From an uncultured delta proteobacterium (GTDB taxonomy: Bacteria > Desulfobacterota > Binatia > UBA9968): a stretch of 64,000 nucleotides of DNA. This document shows positions 10,077 through 20,439 of the stretch, one piece after another. The translations under genes were made by a program, and so were the position numbers. The notes under the pieces were generated by a model. It searched no databases and was not told the origin of the DNA. It saw nothing but the letters and a program-made list of their open reading frames with translations. Positions within the stretch are counted from its first letter, which is position 1, and the number at the start of each line of letters is the position of its first letter. The stretch lies in the NCBI GenBank assembly GCA_963727625.1, contig CAVSHR010000012.1:96001-160000 (forward strand), read 5' to 3'.

Positions 10077-11183
10077 CTATTTGAACTTGATCAGCTTGTA
10101 GTAAAAGTTTGCCGATTTCTCGGTATCCGCCTTGGTCCAGGCTTCGGTCGGAATCCGGTGCAGCATGGACCGCGTAATGCCGTTTTTCTTGGCCACCTTG
10201 ACCGGCTTGGCATTGGCGGCCGTTGGATCGTAGGGGAATTTACCCAAGAGATTGGCGTAGATTTCTGAACCTTCCGACGTCGTGATCCAGTGCCCAAAAA
10301 GCTTGGCGGCATTGGGGTGCGGCGCGTTTTTTAAAATCCCAAACGCCCGGACCGAGCCGTACATCGGATCGAGCGGCACCAGCGCCAACGGTGCCCCCTT
10401 GTTGAGCATTTGATAAGCCCGGGAAAAAAGCCCGATGTGGAACAGGCCGAATTCGCCCGCGGCCAGCAGGCGAGTCGGCCCGGTGTAGCCGTCGACGATT
10501 CGCGGTGCGGTCGTCTTGACCAGGCGCCGGAAAAAGTCGAACGACTTGTCCCACGCCAATTTATTTCCTTGGCGCCAAAAATAAGCGTAGATAAACGGAA
10601 ACTCTTCCGAAGCGCTCGATAGCGCGCTCATGCCTTTATATTTAGCATTGATCAAGCCCTCCAACGATTTCGGCGCGTCCGCTTCTTTGAGGACGTCCGT
10701 ATTGTAGTACGCGGGGCGAGGGTCGATCGCCACGTTGGCCCATAGCCCGTCGGCCGGCTGGACATCGGTATGCCAAGCCTTGACGTTAGGCCAGTCATAT
10801 TTTGCCAATAGATCGGCTGCTTTGAGTCGATTGTACCAATCCTCGCTCATCGAGATGAAATCGGCGCTGAAACGGCCGGCTTTCGCTTCGGTAACCACAC
10901 GTTCGACAACTTCGTTGCTGTTGGCGTCCCAGAACTCGATGTTGCCCTTCATGAAGGGATATTTCGCCTCGAATTTTTTGACGATTTTCGGCGCCGTCTC
11001 GGCGTCGGTTCCCCAGTAGACCAGCTTGCCTTCTTTCTTCGCCGCATCGACAAGCGCCTGCGGCGGGTCACCGGCGAATAGCGACGACGGTGCAGGAACA
11101 CTCAACAGGATTGCAGCACAAGCGATCCCTAAGGTCGTACGCCGCAAATAATCCCGCATTTTTCGGTTATTCGAATGATACAT
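10077..11183 (-). CDS. Extracellular solute-binding protein (Fe3+/thiamine/polyamine-type)
   Basis: Signal-like N-terminus, AAKKEGKLVYW, NAPHPNAAKLF; adjacent to the permease. Confidence 0.88.
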   Translation of the reverse strand: MYHSNNRKMRDYLRRTTLGIACAAILLSVPAPSSLFAGDPPQALVDAAKKEGKLVYWGTDAETAPKIVKKFEAKYPFMKGNIEFWDANSNEVVERVVTEAKAGRFSADFISMSEDWYNRLKAADLLAKYDWPNVKAWHTDVQPADGLWANVAIDPRPAYYNTDVLKEADAPKSLEGLINAKYKGMSALSSASEEFPFIYAYFWRQGNKLAWDKSFDFFRRLVKTTAPRIVDGYTGPTRLLAAGEFGLFHIGLFSRAYQMLNKGAPLALVPLDPMYGSVRAFGILKNAPHPNAAKLFGHWITTSEGSEIYANLLGKFPYDPTAANAKPVKVAKKNGITRSMLHRIPTEAWTKADTEKSANFYYKLIKFK

Positions 11184-11666
11184 TTTTACCTCCTAAGTTT
11201 TTAGCATTTCCCGTCTGAATATGGATGACTTCCGCAAAATCTTACGATGCATATCCCCTCAACGAGGACCGAAAGACAATTTTCTCACCTTGCCGCACCA
11301 GCGCTGCCAGCCGGAAAGTTTGACGAACTTACCGGTCGCGAACTAAACGAACTACAACCAAACAGATTTAGGTACAGCGGCGAATTTGGGATGGCTCCTC
11401 GTCCGGTCTGGAGTCAGTGTATAGATATGAAATCTCAAGGCAAGGCCTATTTTCGTAGAACGTCGAGGTCGTCGATGACCACGTCGATTCCAGCGATTTT
11501 TGTGTCCAGTCAAACTCGGTTAGTTATTTCCGGGTTTGGGATGGAACAACGAGGTTGCGCGGGTGGCCCCGATTGGTTACAGAAACTCCGCGTCAACAAC
11601 GTCCATTGAAATTTCTCGATCAACGAGATAATCGATGGGCAAAACTCGGTCCGAGGAGCGCGTCTC

Positions 11667-12635
11667 ATGAAGGCGATACGAGTCCATCAATACGGCGGTC
11701 CCGAAGTTTTAGCGCTCGAGGATATTCCCGTTCCCGAGCCGAAAGCGGGCGAGGCGCGGGTAAAAATCGAAGCGATCGGTGTCAATTTCATCGACCTCTA
11801 TCAGCGCACCGGACTCTATCCGATGACGACGCCGTTTACGCTGGGAATGGAAGGCGCAGGTGTTGTCGATGCCATCGGCAACGGCGTCGCTGAAGTAAAA
11901 ATAGGCGAGCGCGTCGCCTATGCGATGATTCTCGGATCCTATGCGGAGTACGCGATCGTGCCGGCGGCGAAGCTGGTCCCCGTGCCGGAGGAAGTCGATG
12001 CAAAAACCGCGGCGGCGTTAATGCTGCAAGGCATGACCGCGCATTATCTGACACACGACACCTATGCCTTGAAACCGGGCGAAACCGCGCTGGTTCACGC
12101 AGCGGCGGGAGGCGTCGGCTTGCTGTTGGTGCAAATCGCCAAGATGCTCGGCGCCCGCGTCATCGGCACGGTCTCCACCGAGGCCAAGGCGCAACTCGCC
12201 AAACAGGCCGGCGCTGACGAAGTGATATTGTACACGCAAGCGGACTTTCTTACGGAAGTGAAGCGACTGACCGGTGGGGACGGCGTTCACGTCGTCTACG
12301 ATTCCGTCGGCGCTACGACGTTCGAGAAGAGCCTGGAGTGTCTTAAGCCGCGCGGCTATCTAGTTCTCTTCGGCCAATCGAGCGGCCCGGTGGCCCCCTT
12401 CGATCCGGGAAAACTCGCGGCGAAGGGATCGCTCTTTCTCACCCGCCCGAGCTTGGCGCACTACACCTTGGATCGCGCCGAGCTGTTGCTGCGCGCCGGC
12501 ACTCTGTTCCGGTGGATCGCCACGGAGAATCTGAAATTGCGCGTCGAAAAAACCTTCGCTTTGAATCAAGCCTCCGATGCGCAGCGCCTTTTAGAAAGCC
12601 GAAAAACTAGGGGGAAACTCCTTCTCGTTCCTTAG
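11667..12635 (+). CDS. qor: NADPH:quinone oxidoreductase (zeta-crystallin family)
   Basis: GGPEVL, GVNFID, HAAAGGVG, VVYDSVG, GSLFLTRPSL. Confidence 0.93.
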   Translation: MKAIRVHQYGGPEVLALEDIPVPEPKAGEARVKIEAIGVNFIDLYQRTGLYPMTTPFTLGMEGAGVVDAIGNGVAEVKIGERVAYAMILGSYAEYAIVPAAKLVPVPEEVDAKTAAALMLQGMTAHYLTHDTYALKPGETALVHAAAGGVGLLLVQIAKMLGARVIGTVSTEAKAQLAKQAGADEVILYTQADFLTEVKRLTGGDGVHVVYDSVGATTFEKSLECLKPRGYLVLFGQSSGPVAPFDPGKLAAKGSLFLTRPSLAHYTLDRAELLLRAGTLFRWIATENLKLRVEKTFALNQASDAQRLLESRKTRGKLLLVP

Positions 12636-13191
12636 CGGGAGGATTTTGTCCTTTGCGCGGCTCGCGAACCGGACGCGGCTCGATGGACTCGTCAAATTTC
12701 TTGCGCTGCTCGGCGTTGAGCACCGCTTTGGCGCGCTCGACGGCGCGAATCCGCGCGATGCGCAGATCGGCGCGGAGCTTTTCCACCGAGCGAATCTTCG
12801 CCTCGACTTTGGCGATGTCGACATGGGGCTGATCGAGCAGCTCGGCGATGTCTACCTCGAGGATGCGCGTATCGGCGTCGTGGCGGATGCTCTGGCGCTG
12901 GAAATCGTCGCGCAATTGCTCCAGTTTTTTCACCTGCTCGGGAGACAACCGAAGATAGTCTTTGTAGTTCAAAATTAGCGAGATCACCGGTCGGTTCTCG
13001 CGCGACTCGCGGGTTCCAAAGCGCTCCACGAGCTGCCCGCTCCAGTCTTGCAGGGCGCGCTGCACCTTTTCCCAGGCCTCGGCCAATTCTTCCGGAAGCG
13101 CAGACTGCGCTCTTTCCGTTTGAGCGCCTCGCACGGGCTGAGCGAGCGTAAAAACGAAGACTAGAGCGCCGAGGAGAATAAATTTTGCCAT
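12607..13191 (-). CDS. Spy/CpxP-like (periplasmic heavy-metal sensor type) helical protein
   Basis: Signal peptide MAKFILLGALVFVFTLAQPVRG; LSPEQ and LNAEQRKKF (LTxxQ-like) motifs. Confidence 0.75.
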   Translation of the reverse strand: MAKFILLGALVFVFTLAQPVRGAQTERAQSALPEELAEAWEKVQRALQDWSGQLVERFGTRESRENRPVISLILNYKDYLRLSPEQVKKLEQLRDDFQRQSIRHDADTRILEVDIAELLDQPHVDIAKVEAKIRSVEKLRADLRIARIRAVERAKAVLNAEQRKKFDESIEPRPVREPRKGQNPPAKEREGVSP

Positions 13192-13317
13192 GGTCAATTC
13201 CCTCTTGATGGTGCGTCGCTTCCTACGAATTAAAACTCGCGGCACTCCGCGAGTCAAACGAATAAAGTGCCTTTCGAAGGCCCCTCGCTTCGGCCCGGTT
13301 TCGCTCAACGGAGTTTT

Positions 13318-14730
13318 CTATTTCTGATTTCCAATTGGCGACGGCCCGCTCATGCGCCGGGGATCGAGCAGCCTGTTCAATTCTTCAGCCGCCAGCAGTT
13401 TTTGTTTTTGCGCCACCTCCCGGATGGTTTGGCCGCTCGTTAATGCATCCCGGGCGACTTCGGCGGCGCGCTCGTAGCCGAGCGCCGGGGCCAGGGCCGT
13501 GACCATGGCAAGGCTGCGTTCAACCATTTCTTCGCAGCGTTCTCGATTGGCGGCGATTCCGGCCACGCAATGGTCGGCGAACAATGCCGCAACGTTGGCG
13601 CTGAATTGAATCGCTTCGAGCAAGCGCAGCGCCAGGATCGGCAGCATGGTATTCAATTCGAAGTTGCCGGCTTGCCCGCACAAGGTGATCGTGGCGTCGC
13701 AACCGATCACATGTGCGGCCACTTGGAGCACCGACTCGCACAGAACCGGATTGACCTTGCCCGGCATGATCGAGGAGCCAGGCTGCAGGTCGGGCAAAAC
13801 GATCTCGCCGATGCCGCAGCGCGGCCCGGAAGCGAGCCAGCGTAAATCCTGGGCGATCTTGGTCAAGCTGACGGCGAGGGTTTTCAAGCTGCCGCTCAGC
13901 TGCACCGCCGCATCCCGCGCCGCCTGGGCCTCGAAATGATTTTCAGCCTGGTAGAATTTCACCGCGGTCATTTTCTCAAGCTCGTCGATGGCGCGTTTGG
14001 CAAACTCGGGATGGGCGTTGATGCCGGTGCCGATGGCGGTGCCGCCGAGGGGCAGTTCTTGCAAACCTGCGGCGGCCGTTTTGATGCGCTCGATGCTTAA
14101 CTCGATCTGGCGCGTGTAACCGCCGAACTCCTGTCCCAAGCGCATGGGCGTGGCGTCGGCCAAGTGGGTGCGGCCAATTTTGATCACCGCATCGTACTCC
14201 TGCGCCTTGCCCTCGAGCGCGGCGCGCAGCCGCACCAGCGCCGGTATTAATTCTCTCTCGATCGCCAGCAGCGCGGCGCAATGCAAGGCGGTGGGCATCG
14301 CATCGTTGCTCGACTGGCCCATGTTGACGTGATCATTGGGATGAATTTCCCCGCTGCCTCGCGCCTCGCCGAGTATCTCCAGGGCGCGGTTGGCGATCAC
14401 TTCGTTGGCGTTCATGTTGGTCGACGTGCCCGAGCCGGTTTGAAAAATGTCGACGACAAACTCGCCGTCGAGTTTGCCGTCGATAACCTCTCGCGCCGCC
14501 CGGCGGATGGCCCCGGCGCGGCGCGCGTCGAGCAGGCCTAGTTGTTCATTGGCCGCGGCGGCGGCGTACTTGACCATGCCGAGCGCGTGAATGAATGGGC
14601 GCGGGAAACCGATGCCGCTGATGGGAAAATTGTCCGCCGCTCGTTGGGTCTGCGCGCCATAGTAGGCCCGCGCCGGCACTTTGACCTCGCCCATCGAGTC
14701 CCTTTCCATACGAAAACTTTGCCCGGCCAT
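13318..14730 (-). CDS. fumC: Class II fumarate hydratase
   Basis: YGAQTQRA, QTGSGTSTNMNANE, GRTHLADATP, signature GSSIMPGKVNP. Confidence 0.93.
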   Translation of the reverse strand: MAGQSFRMERDSMGEVKVPARAYYGAQTQRAADNFPISGIGFPRPFIHALGMVKYAAAAANEQLGLLDARRAGAIRRAAREVIDGKLDGEFVVDIFQTGSGTSTNMNANEVIANRALEILGEARGSGEIHPNDHVNMGQSSNDAMPTALHCAALLAIERELIPALVRLRAALEGKAQEYDAVIKIGRTHLADATPMRLGQEFGGYTRQIELSIERIKTAAAGLQELPLGGTAIGTGINAHPEFAKRAIDELEKMTAVKFYQAENHFEAQAARDAAVQLSGSLKTLAVSLTKIAQDLRWLASGPRCGIGEIVLPDLQPGSSIMPGKVNPVLCESVLQVAAHVIGCDATITLCGQAGNFELNTMLPILALRLLEAIQFSANVAALFADHCVAGIAANRERCEEMVERSLAMVTALAPALGYERAAEVARDALTSGQTIREVAQKQKLLAAEELNRLLDPRRMSGPSPIGNQK

Positions 14731-14814
14731 TGGACCTCCGATTCCGTTTGCGTGTCGAATCCGGTGATCGTTCAAGACTAGCACCGGCGCGATCGAAGCA
14801 AAACAACCGGCTTG

Positions 14815-16041
14815 CTACGGCGCTTGCGGCTCACGGCGCGGTTCCTTGAGCAGCAGCGTCACGCCGGCGATGCCGAGCGTCACCAAGCCGGCGAGCATTT
14901 GCCAAGCCATGCCGTAGGAGCCCGTGCGATCGACGATATAGCCGAACAGCGGGGTTCCCACCGTCGCCGCGCCGGCGTTGATCGTGATCATCATGCCCAA
15001 GCCTGCGCCGGTTCGCGCTTTACCCGAGATCTCGCCGATCAACGCGTAAGAGACGCCCTGATAACCGACAATGGAAACGCCGGCAAGAAATAGGATCGGC
15101 AGCAATAAGTACGCCGAAGAATCTCGCGTCATCAAACTCAGCGCGGCGATGAAGATCACGGACGCCGTCCCGATCGCGATCAAGACGATTTTGCGCCGGC
15201 CGCCGAATATGCGGTCGCTCGCGACGCCCCAGCCAACCCGCCCGAGCATGGCGCCGGCCTGGGTCAGAGCGAGTGCCTGGCTCGCCCAATAGGGCGAGTA
15301 GCCCATGACGTCTTTGAGATAGAGCGGCAGGTAAGTGATCAACACCATCTGGCCGACGAGGTAGATCGCGGTGGCGCAACTGACCGGCAGCAAGGCCCAG
15401 ACATTCAACGGCGGCGTCGCCTTGGGGCCGTTTTCGCGCTCGTTCACGGCCAGAGCGACGTTCGTGGGCTCGCGCCACAGCGACGAGAAGAAAAATCCGA
15501 AAATGAAATTGATAATGCCGAGCGCCGACAGCGAACCGCGCCAGCCGATCAGCAAGACCAGCGACGGCGCCAGGATCGCCGCAAGGACACCGCCGGCGGG
15601 GACGCCGGTCTGCTTCGCGCCCATGGCGGTGGCGCGCTCGTCGCGCCGAAACCAGGTCATGACGCCGATCGTCGACGCCGGATTGAGAAAGCTGTAGCCG
15701 AAACCGGCAAAGAAAAAACTCACGAAAGCCAGCTCGAAAGAGGGCGACAGCGCTGCGGCGATCGTGCAGAATCCCAGACCGAGATGACCGAGCAGCGTGG
15801 TCCTGCGCACGCCGAAGCGGTCGGCGAGCCAACCGGTGCCGAAGGACGCGCCGGTCATCGCCAGATAAAAGGCCGAGAAAAAAAGTCCCACCTGGGCGCG
15901 CGAGAGACCGAGCTCGTCTTTATAAAAGGGCGCCAGCGTGTTGATGCCGTACTGCGCCGCCGCGCCGACGGTATGCGACAAGCAGATCAGCGCCAGAATC
16001 GTCCAGCGAAAGGAATCGCGCGTCGAGGATGTTTCGGCCAT
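14815..16041 (-). CDS. MFS transporter
   Basis: About 12 TM segments; motif A GWLADRFGVRR and GVASDRIFGGRRK. Confidence 0.9.
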   Translation of the reverse strand: MAETSSTRDSFRWTILALICLSHTVGAAAQYGINTLAPFYKDELGLSRAQVGLFFSAFYLAMTGASFGTGWLADRFGVRRTTLLGHLGLGFCTIAAALSPSFELAFVSFFFAGFGYSFLNPASTIGVMTWFRRDERATAMGAKQTGVPAGGVLAAILAPSLVLLIGWRGSLSALGIINFIFGFFFSSLWREPTNVALAVNERENGPKATPPLNVWALLPVSCATAIYLVGQMVLITYLPLYLKDVMGYSPYWASQALALTQAGAMLGRVGWGVASDRIFGGRRKIVLIAIGTASVIFIAALSLMTRDSSAYLLLPILFLAGVSIVGYQGVSYALIGEISGKARTGAGLGMMITINAGAATVGTPLFGYIVDRTGSYGMAWQMLAGLVTLGIAGVTLLLKEPRREPQAP

Positions 16042-16064
16042 GAAAGATGAGTCGGAAAGAAGGT

Positions 16065-17660
16065 TCAATCGAACACTGTGCTCGAATAGGCCTCGGCGTC
16101 GACGAACGCTTCGATGACCGTGGGGCCGGTGCAATCGAACGCCCAGTCGAGCGCCGCTGCGAATTCGGCGCAGTTTTTCGCCGCGCGGCACGGCACGCCG
16201 AAATAATGCGCCGGTGACTCCGGCGGCGCGCCGAGGTAAACTCCCGCGAGCGGATACCTCCTTTTCTCTTGTTTGACCTTCATCAAGCCGAGCCAGCCGT
16301 CATTGAGCACGATGACCGGAACGGCCAAGTTCAATCGACGCGCCAGCGCCAACTCGCCCACGGTCATCTGAAAGCCACCGTCGCCGACAACGCAGACCAC
16401 GGTGCGATCCGGATGCGCGAGTTTCGCCGCGTAAGCCGACGGCATGCCGTAGCCCATCGACGACCAGCCATTGGTCGCCAGCAAAGTTCCCGGTTGATCG
16501 GTGCGCCATTGGCTGGCGATCTGATGCGTATGCGCGCCGACGTCGTAGGCGAGGATGCCGGCGGCGGGCAGCTTGTCGCGGAGAATATCCAGCGCTTGAA
16601 ACGGCGCAAAATTTTCGACCTTCGGACGAAGCGCCTTTTCGAAGGCTTCGCGGTGCGGGCGCCATTGCTGCGCCGACCAATGAATCATGACCGGTTCAAT
16701 TCCGCTCATGGCGCCGATGGCCCGGTCCAAGTCGCAGGCGCGGTTCCAGATAAAATTTAACCCGCCGCTTTCGGCGGCTTCGCTACTGACATGAATGATT
16801 GGCGTGCCCTGCGTCACCCACTCTTCGTAATTGATCTCGATGGGATCGTAACCGACGGCGATGATGAGATCGGCCTGATCGGTGAACTTTTTGACGTCGC
16901 TGCGCCGCGCCCGGCCGATGACACCGGCCCAATTCGCGTGGCTTTCCGGCAGGAAGCCCTTGCCGTGCAGCGTCGTCACGAACGGCAGGTTCTGCCGTTC
17001 GATGAATCTCAGCAACGTCTCGCACGCTTCGCTGCGCGCGAAAGACAGCCCGGTGACGAGCAGGGGCCGTTGGGCGTTCCTCAGCGCATCGGCAATCGCG
17101 CCGGCGACGCTGTTGGCTAGATCCGGCAACGACTTGGGTGGCACCGGCGCACCGCGAGTTTCCAGTGCCGCCGCCTGCGCGACATCCTCGGGTAGATCGA
17201 GATGCACGGGTCCGGGCGGTTCTTGCATCGCCGTCGTGAGCGCCTGGGCGAAAAGTTCACCGACGTTTCCCTGCCGGCAAGCCAAGCTGGCTTTGCTCAG
17301 CGGCTCAAAGAGTTTGTGATGATCGATGCGCATCTGGATGCGTCGTTCGAGCCATGGCGTCGCCACATTGCAGGTGATCGCAAGCACCGGCGCTCGGTCC
17401 AACCACGCGCAACCGACGCCGGTCGTGAGGTTAGTCGCGCCCGGACCCACCGTCGACACGCACACCCCCGGTATGCCGGTTAAAGTCCCGATCGCGCTGG
17501 CCATGAACCCCGCGCTGGTCTCACTGGCGGTGAGGATAAATCGAATGGAGCTTTTGCGCAGCGATTCGATTAGTGGCAACACCGGCCCGCTCGGTACGCC
17601 GAAAACCCAGCGCACGCCGGCCTGCTCAAGCGTGCGAACGATCAGGTCGCTGTTGTTCAT
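16065..17660 (-). CDS. Thiamine-diphosphate-dependent enzyme (acetolactate synthase-like)
   Basis: FGVPSG, SETSAGFMA, GPGATN, PGPVHLDLPED, ThDP motif GDGGF...VLND. Confidence 0.9.
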   Translation of the reverse strand: MNNSDLIVRTLEQAGVRWVFGVPSGPVLPLIESLRKSSIRFILTASETSAGFMASAIGTLTGIPGVCVSTVGPGATNLTTGVGCAWLDRAPVLAITCNVATPWLERRIQMRIDHHKLFEPLSKASLACRQGNVGELFAQALTTAMQEPPGPVHLDLPEDVAQAAALETRGAPVPPKSLPDLANSVAGAIADALRNAQRPLLVTGLSFARSEACETLLRFIERQNLPFVTTLHGKGFLPESHANWAGVIGRARRSDVKKFTDQADLIIAVGYDPIEINYEEWVTQGTPIIHVSSEAAESGGLNFIWNRACDLDRAIGAMSGIEPVMIHWSAQQWRPHREAFEKALRPKVENFAPFQALDILRDKLPAAGILAYDVGAHTHQIASQWRTDQPGTLLATNGWSSMGYGMPSAYAAKLAHPDRTVVCVVGDGGFQMTVGELALARRLNLAVPVIVLNDGWLGLMKVKQEKRRYPLAGVYLGAPPESPAHYFGVPCRAAKNCAEFAAALDWAFDCTGPTVIEAFVDAEAYSSTVFD

Positions 17661-17724
17661 TGTGCGAAAGTATCATGCACCACGGAGAGCCCAGCGGAGA
17701 AAAGCTGCAACCAAATTCCCGAAA

Positions 17725-17837
17725 ATCTCGCGCAAAGACGCCAAGGCCGCAAAGGTCGGAATTAAATAGTGACGATCGTTAATCAGATAATGTATCGTTC
17801 CCTTCCGAACTTGGCGTGCTTTGCACCTTGGCGCGAG
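17725..17837. repeat. Intergenic inverted-repeat element, GCAAAG family (copy 1)
   Basis: Left arm CTCGCGCAAAGACGCCAAGGCCGCAAAGGTCGGAA, right arm TTCCGAACTTGGCGTGCTTTGCACCTTGGCGCGAG. The left arm is 34/36 identical to 48159-48194. Confidence 0.85.
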
Positions 17838-17904
17838 TCAATCCCCGCGTTCGAGTATTTGTCGTTTAGTATCGAAAGGTGCAATTCCGAAAATTTAATC
17901 TGAA

Positions 17905-18711
17905 TTAATTGCCGATCCGCACCGAGTCGACGACATCTTGCACCGCGCGAATGATCGACAGCGCGGTCAGTTTTCCGGTCTTGGGATTTTCGCTGGGCAC
18001 GTTTTCGATATGAATATGCAGTTTGCCGAACTCCCCCTCCACGTCGATGTCATGGCAGTTGCGCGCCAGGCCCGGCACGGCGAGGATGCGCACGCGGGTT
18101 TTGTCCGGACCGATGCCGGCCAAACTGACCGCGCCCGTCACGTTGACGTTGGCAGGAAAGCCGCGGCAGGCTTCGCGCGCCGAACCGGAAAAAACTTCTT
18201 TTTCTTCCTGTAATCCCGCCAGTGAAACGCCGCGCTCGACCAAATAAGGCGCGCCTTGGAGGCCGAGCGGCGGCTTGCGCGTGGTGTGCGTCACATGGGT
18301 GATCGCGCCGACACACGCCGACTTGATGCCATCAAGCCCGGCAATCGCGCCCGACGGCAGGTACAATCGGCAGCCGGTGCGCCGCGATTCGGCCATCACC
18401 TCGGGATGATCGAGCAGCGCGCCGACGCTGATCACCATGAGGTCTTTGCCGGCGCCGAAGGTTTTCTGCGCCAGTTCGGCCACCACATGCCCGCCCGCCG
18501 CCTCGACGATCAAATCCGACGCGGCAATGAGCTCGGTCAGCGGCAAATAGGGCGGCGGATTTTTGCACGCAGCGAGAAATTCTCGCGCGTTCCTTTCGGT
18601 CCGGCTCGTCACGCCGGCGACGCGCACCGCGAGATTGCCGCTTTCGACGGCGCGAATCAGGGCTTTGCCGATCGCGCCGCAGCCGACGATGCCGATGGAT
18701 GTCACGTTCAC
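17905..18711 (-). CDS. nadX: L-aspartate dehydrogenase
   Basis: IGIVGCGAIG, VEAAG, SVGAL, PSGAIAGLD, FPANVNV, NPKTG. Confidence 0.9.
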   Translation of the reverse strand: MNVTSIGIVGCGAIGKALIRAVESGNLAVRVAGVTSRTERNAREFLAACKNPPPYLPLTELIAASDLIVEAAGGHVVAELAQKTFGAGKDLMVISVGALLDHPEVMAESRRTGCRLYLPSGAIAGLDGIKSACVGAITHVTHTTRKPPLGLQGAPYLVERGVSLAGLQEEKEVFSGSAREACRGFPANVNVTGAVSLAGIGPDKTRVRILAVPGLARNCHDIDVEGEFGKLHIHIENVPSENPKTGKLTALSIIRAVQDVVDSVRIGN

Positions 18712-18753
18712 CTCCCCACGATAGCTTTGCCTATCGCGAAGCCTTTTTCTCTG

Positions 18754-19179
18754 TCACCGAGAGGGCACCAGCCAATAGAGCATCCAATAAACAATGACGC
18801 CGGTGACTGAAACGTATAACCATATGGGAAACGTCCATCGGGCGACCCGGCGGTGCGCGGAAAAATTTTCGCGCCAGGCTCGGCGCAGTGTGACAAGCGC
18901 AAGTGGCACCACCGTTACCGCCAAAATCGTATGCGTCAAGAGTATCGCGAAATAGATGGGCCGAATCCAACCTTGGCCTTTAAAGGGCACCGAACCGACC
19001 CGGTAGTGATAGATCAAGTAGGAAACCAGGAACAGCGTCGAGCAGCCGAACGCCGTCAGCATGCAGGCCCGATGCGCGTCGCGGTGACCGGATTTGATGA
19101 AAAGAAACCCGGCCAAAAGAAAAACGGCGCTGAGAGAATTCAGCGCCGCGTTCAAACTTGGTAATTGGGCAAAAGACAT
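18754..19179 (-). CDS. DUF420 membrane protein (cytochrome oxidase cluster)
   Basis: LPSLNAALN, HRACM, FLVSYLIYH, THTILA, WLYVSVTGVIVY; TAATG coupling to subunit IV. Confidence 0.9.
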   Translation of the reverse strand: MSFAQLPSLNAALNSLSAVFLLAGFLFIKSGHRDAHRACMLTAFGCSTLFLVSYLIYHYRVGSVPFKGQGWIRPIYFAILLTHTILAVTVVPLALVTLRRAWRENFSAHRRVARWTFPIWLYVSVTGVIVYWMLYWLVPSR

Positions 19180-19457
19180 TACCGGGGAAAGATGTCCGGC
19201 ATCAGCATGAGAATCAAAAAAACACAGAGGACGAACGGCGCCAAGGCGACGAACGTCAGAGTCTTCCTTTCGAATTTTAAGTGCATAAAGTGCATGGCCA
19301 CCAGAGAGGCTTTCCAAACCGCAAAGATCACCAGCAAGCTGGCGAGCAGAAGTTGCGGCAAGCCCATGTAAACTATCGCGACCTCAGCGATCGTCAGCAC
19401 CAAAAGGATATAGAAAATCTTGATATAATTGGACGCCGAGTGGGCGGTTGAGGTCAT
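19179..19457 (-). CDS. Cytochrome c oxidase subunit IV family protein
   Basis: Three TM segments, LTIAEV and KASLVAMHFMHLKFE. Confidence 0.88.
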   Translation of the reverse strand: MTSTAHSASNYIKIFYILLVLTIAEVAIVYMGLPQLLLASLLVIFAVWKASLVAMHFMHLKFERKTLTFVALAPFVLCVFLILMLMPDIFPR

Positions 19458-19480
19458 GTCGGTTTCCCCCCAGGGTTAAG

Positions 19481-20092
19481 CTACAATAGATAGACAAAAG
19501 TGAAAATCAAGATCCACACAAGATCGACAAAATGCCAATACAGGCCCGCGATCTCCACATGCTTCGCTTCGTATCGACCCCGGTTCACGGCGGTTAAGAC
19601 GCAGGCATTGTAGATCACCCCTCCGGTGACGTGCATGCCGTGAAAGCCGGTCAAAATGAAAAATGTGGTTGCAAAAAGATTAGTGGTAAAGGAAATTCCC
19701 AGTTCCGGCAATCGATGACCGAGCAAATGGGTCCATTCGTATGCCTGGCAGCCCAAAAAGAAAAGCCCGCCAAGAATCACTAGGCCAAGAAATTTATTGA
19801 ACTTCGCTCGGTTGTTTTCTTGAATCGCTGCAAGCGCCAATACCATCCAAACGCTGCTCACAATCAATAAAAACGTCATAAACGCGGTGAGATTGATTCC
19901 GAGGACGTCTTTGGGGACCGGCCAGGTGGAGCTCGCGTGGCGCAAAATCCCGTAGCCCACGATCAAGCAGCCAAACGACATAGCGTCGCCGGCGAGGAAC
20001 AACCACATGCCGAGCTTGCCCCAATTCTCCGGGGTTAAGGGCGCTTCTGCAGGCTCGGTGGCGTCCGCATGCATTGCCGCAACTTCACTCAT
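19481..20092 (-). CDS. ctaE: Heme-copper oxidase subunit III
   Basis: KLGMWLFLAGD, TFLLIVSS, TGFHGMHV, GLYWHFVDLVW. Confidence 0.9.
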   Translation of the reverse strand: MSEVAAMHADATEPAEAPLTPENWGKLGMWLFLAGDAMSFGCLIVGYGILRHASSTWPVPKDVLGINLTAFMTFLLIVSSVWMVLALAAIQENNRAKFNKFLGLVILGGLFFLGCQAYEWTHLLGHRLPELGISFTTNLFATTFFILTGFHGMHVTGGVIYNACVLTAVNRGRYEAKHVEIAGLYWHFVDLVWILIFTFVYLL

Positions 20093-20385
20093 CTACCCTT
20101 CTCCTCTTGATTCCAGGCTAATGGTCCGACCGGTTCCGCAGCCTCGGCATTCTCGGCCTGTTCGCGCCGCTTAAGCGCGCGCCGATAACTGAAGATCAAC
20201 GTCCCGACGATCGAACCGATAACCAAATAAGGCGTTGACATGAGGAACAATACGCTGGCGTTGAAGCCGTCGGTGACGGAATCGCTGTCGCCGCCGAGAC
20301 AAACGGCACAAGCCCACGAAGTAGTCGCGCTAGCAAGCACCGCCAACCCAAAGGCCAATAAGGTCAAAGGAAACTTTTTACGCAT
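20089..20385 (-). CDS. Small exported/membrane protein with N-terminal CxxC
   Basis: Signal peptide ending SWA, then CAVC, then one TM helix; lies inside the cox operon. Confidence 0.65.
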   Translation of the reverse strand: MRKKFPLTLLAFGLAVLASATTSWACAVCLGGDSDSVTDGFNASVLFLMSTPYLVIGSIVGTLIFSYRRALKRREQAENAEAAEPVGPLAWNQEEKGR

Positions 20386-20439
20386 CGGAAATCGCTCCCG
20401 CAAATTAGCCCATCGATTATGGAGTGTCAACCAAACCGC

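Noticed and set aside
11190-11660. ORF 11247-11609 or a riboswitch in the divergent intergenic region
   Set aside because: No recognisable protein motif or riboswitch consensus. Most likely promoter DNA for the two divergent genes.
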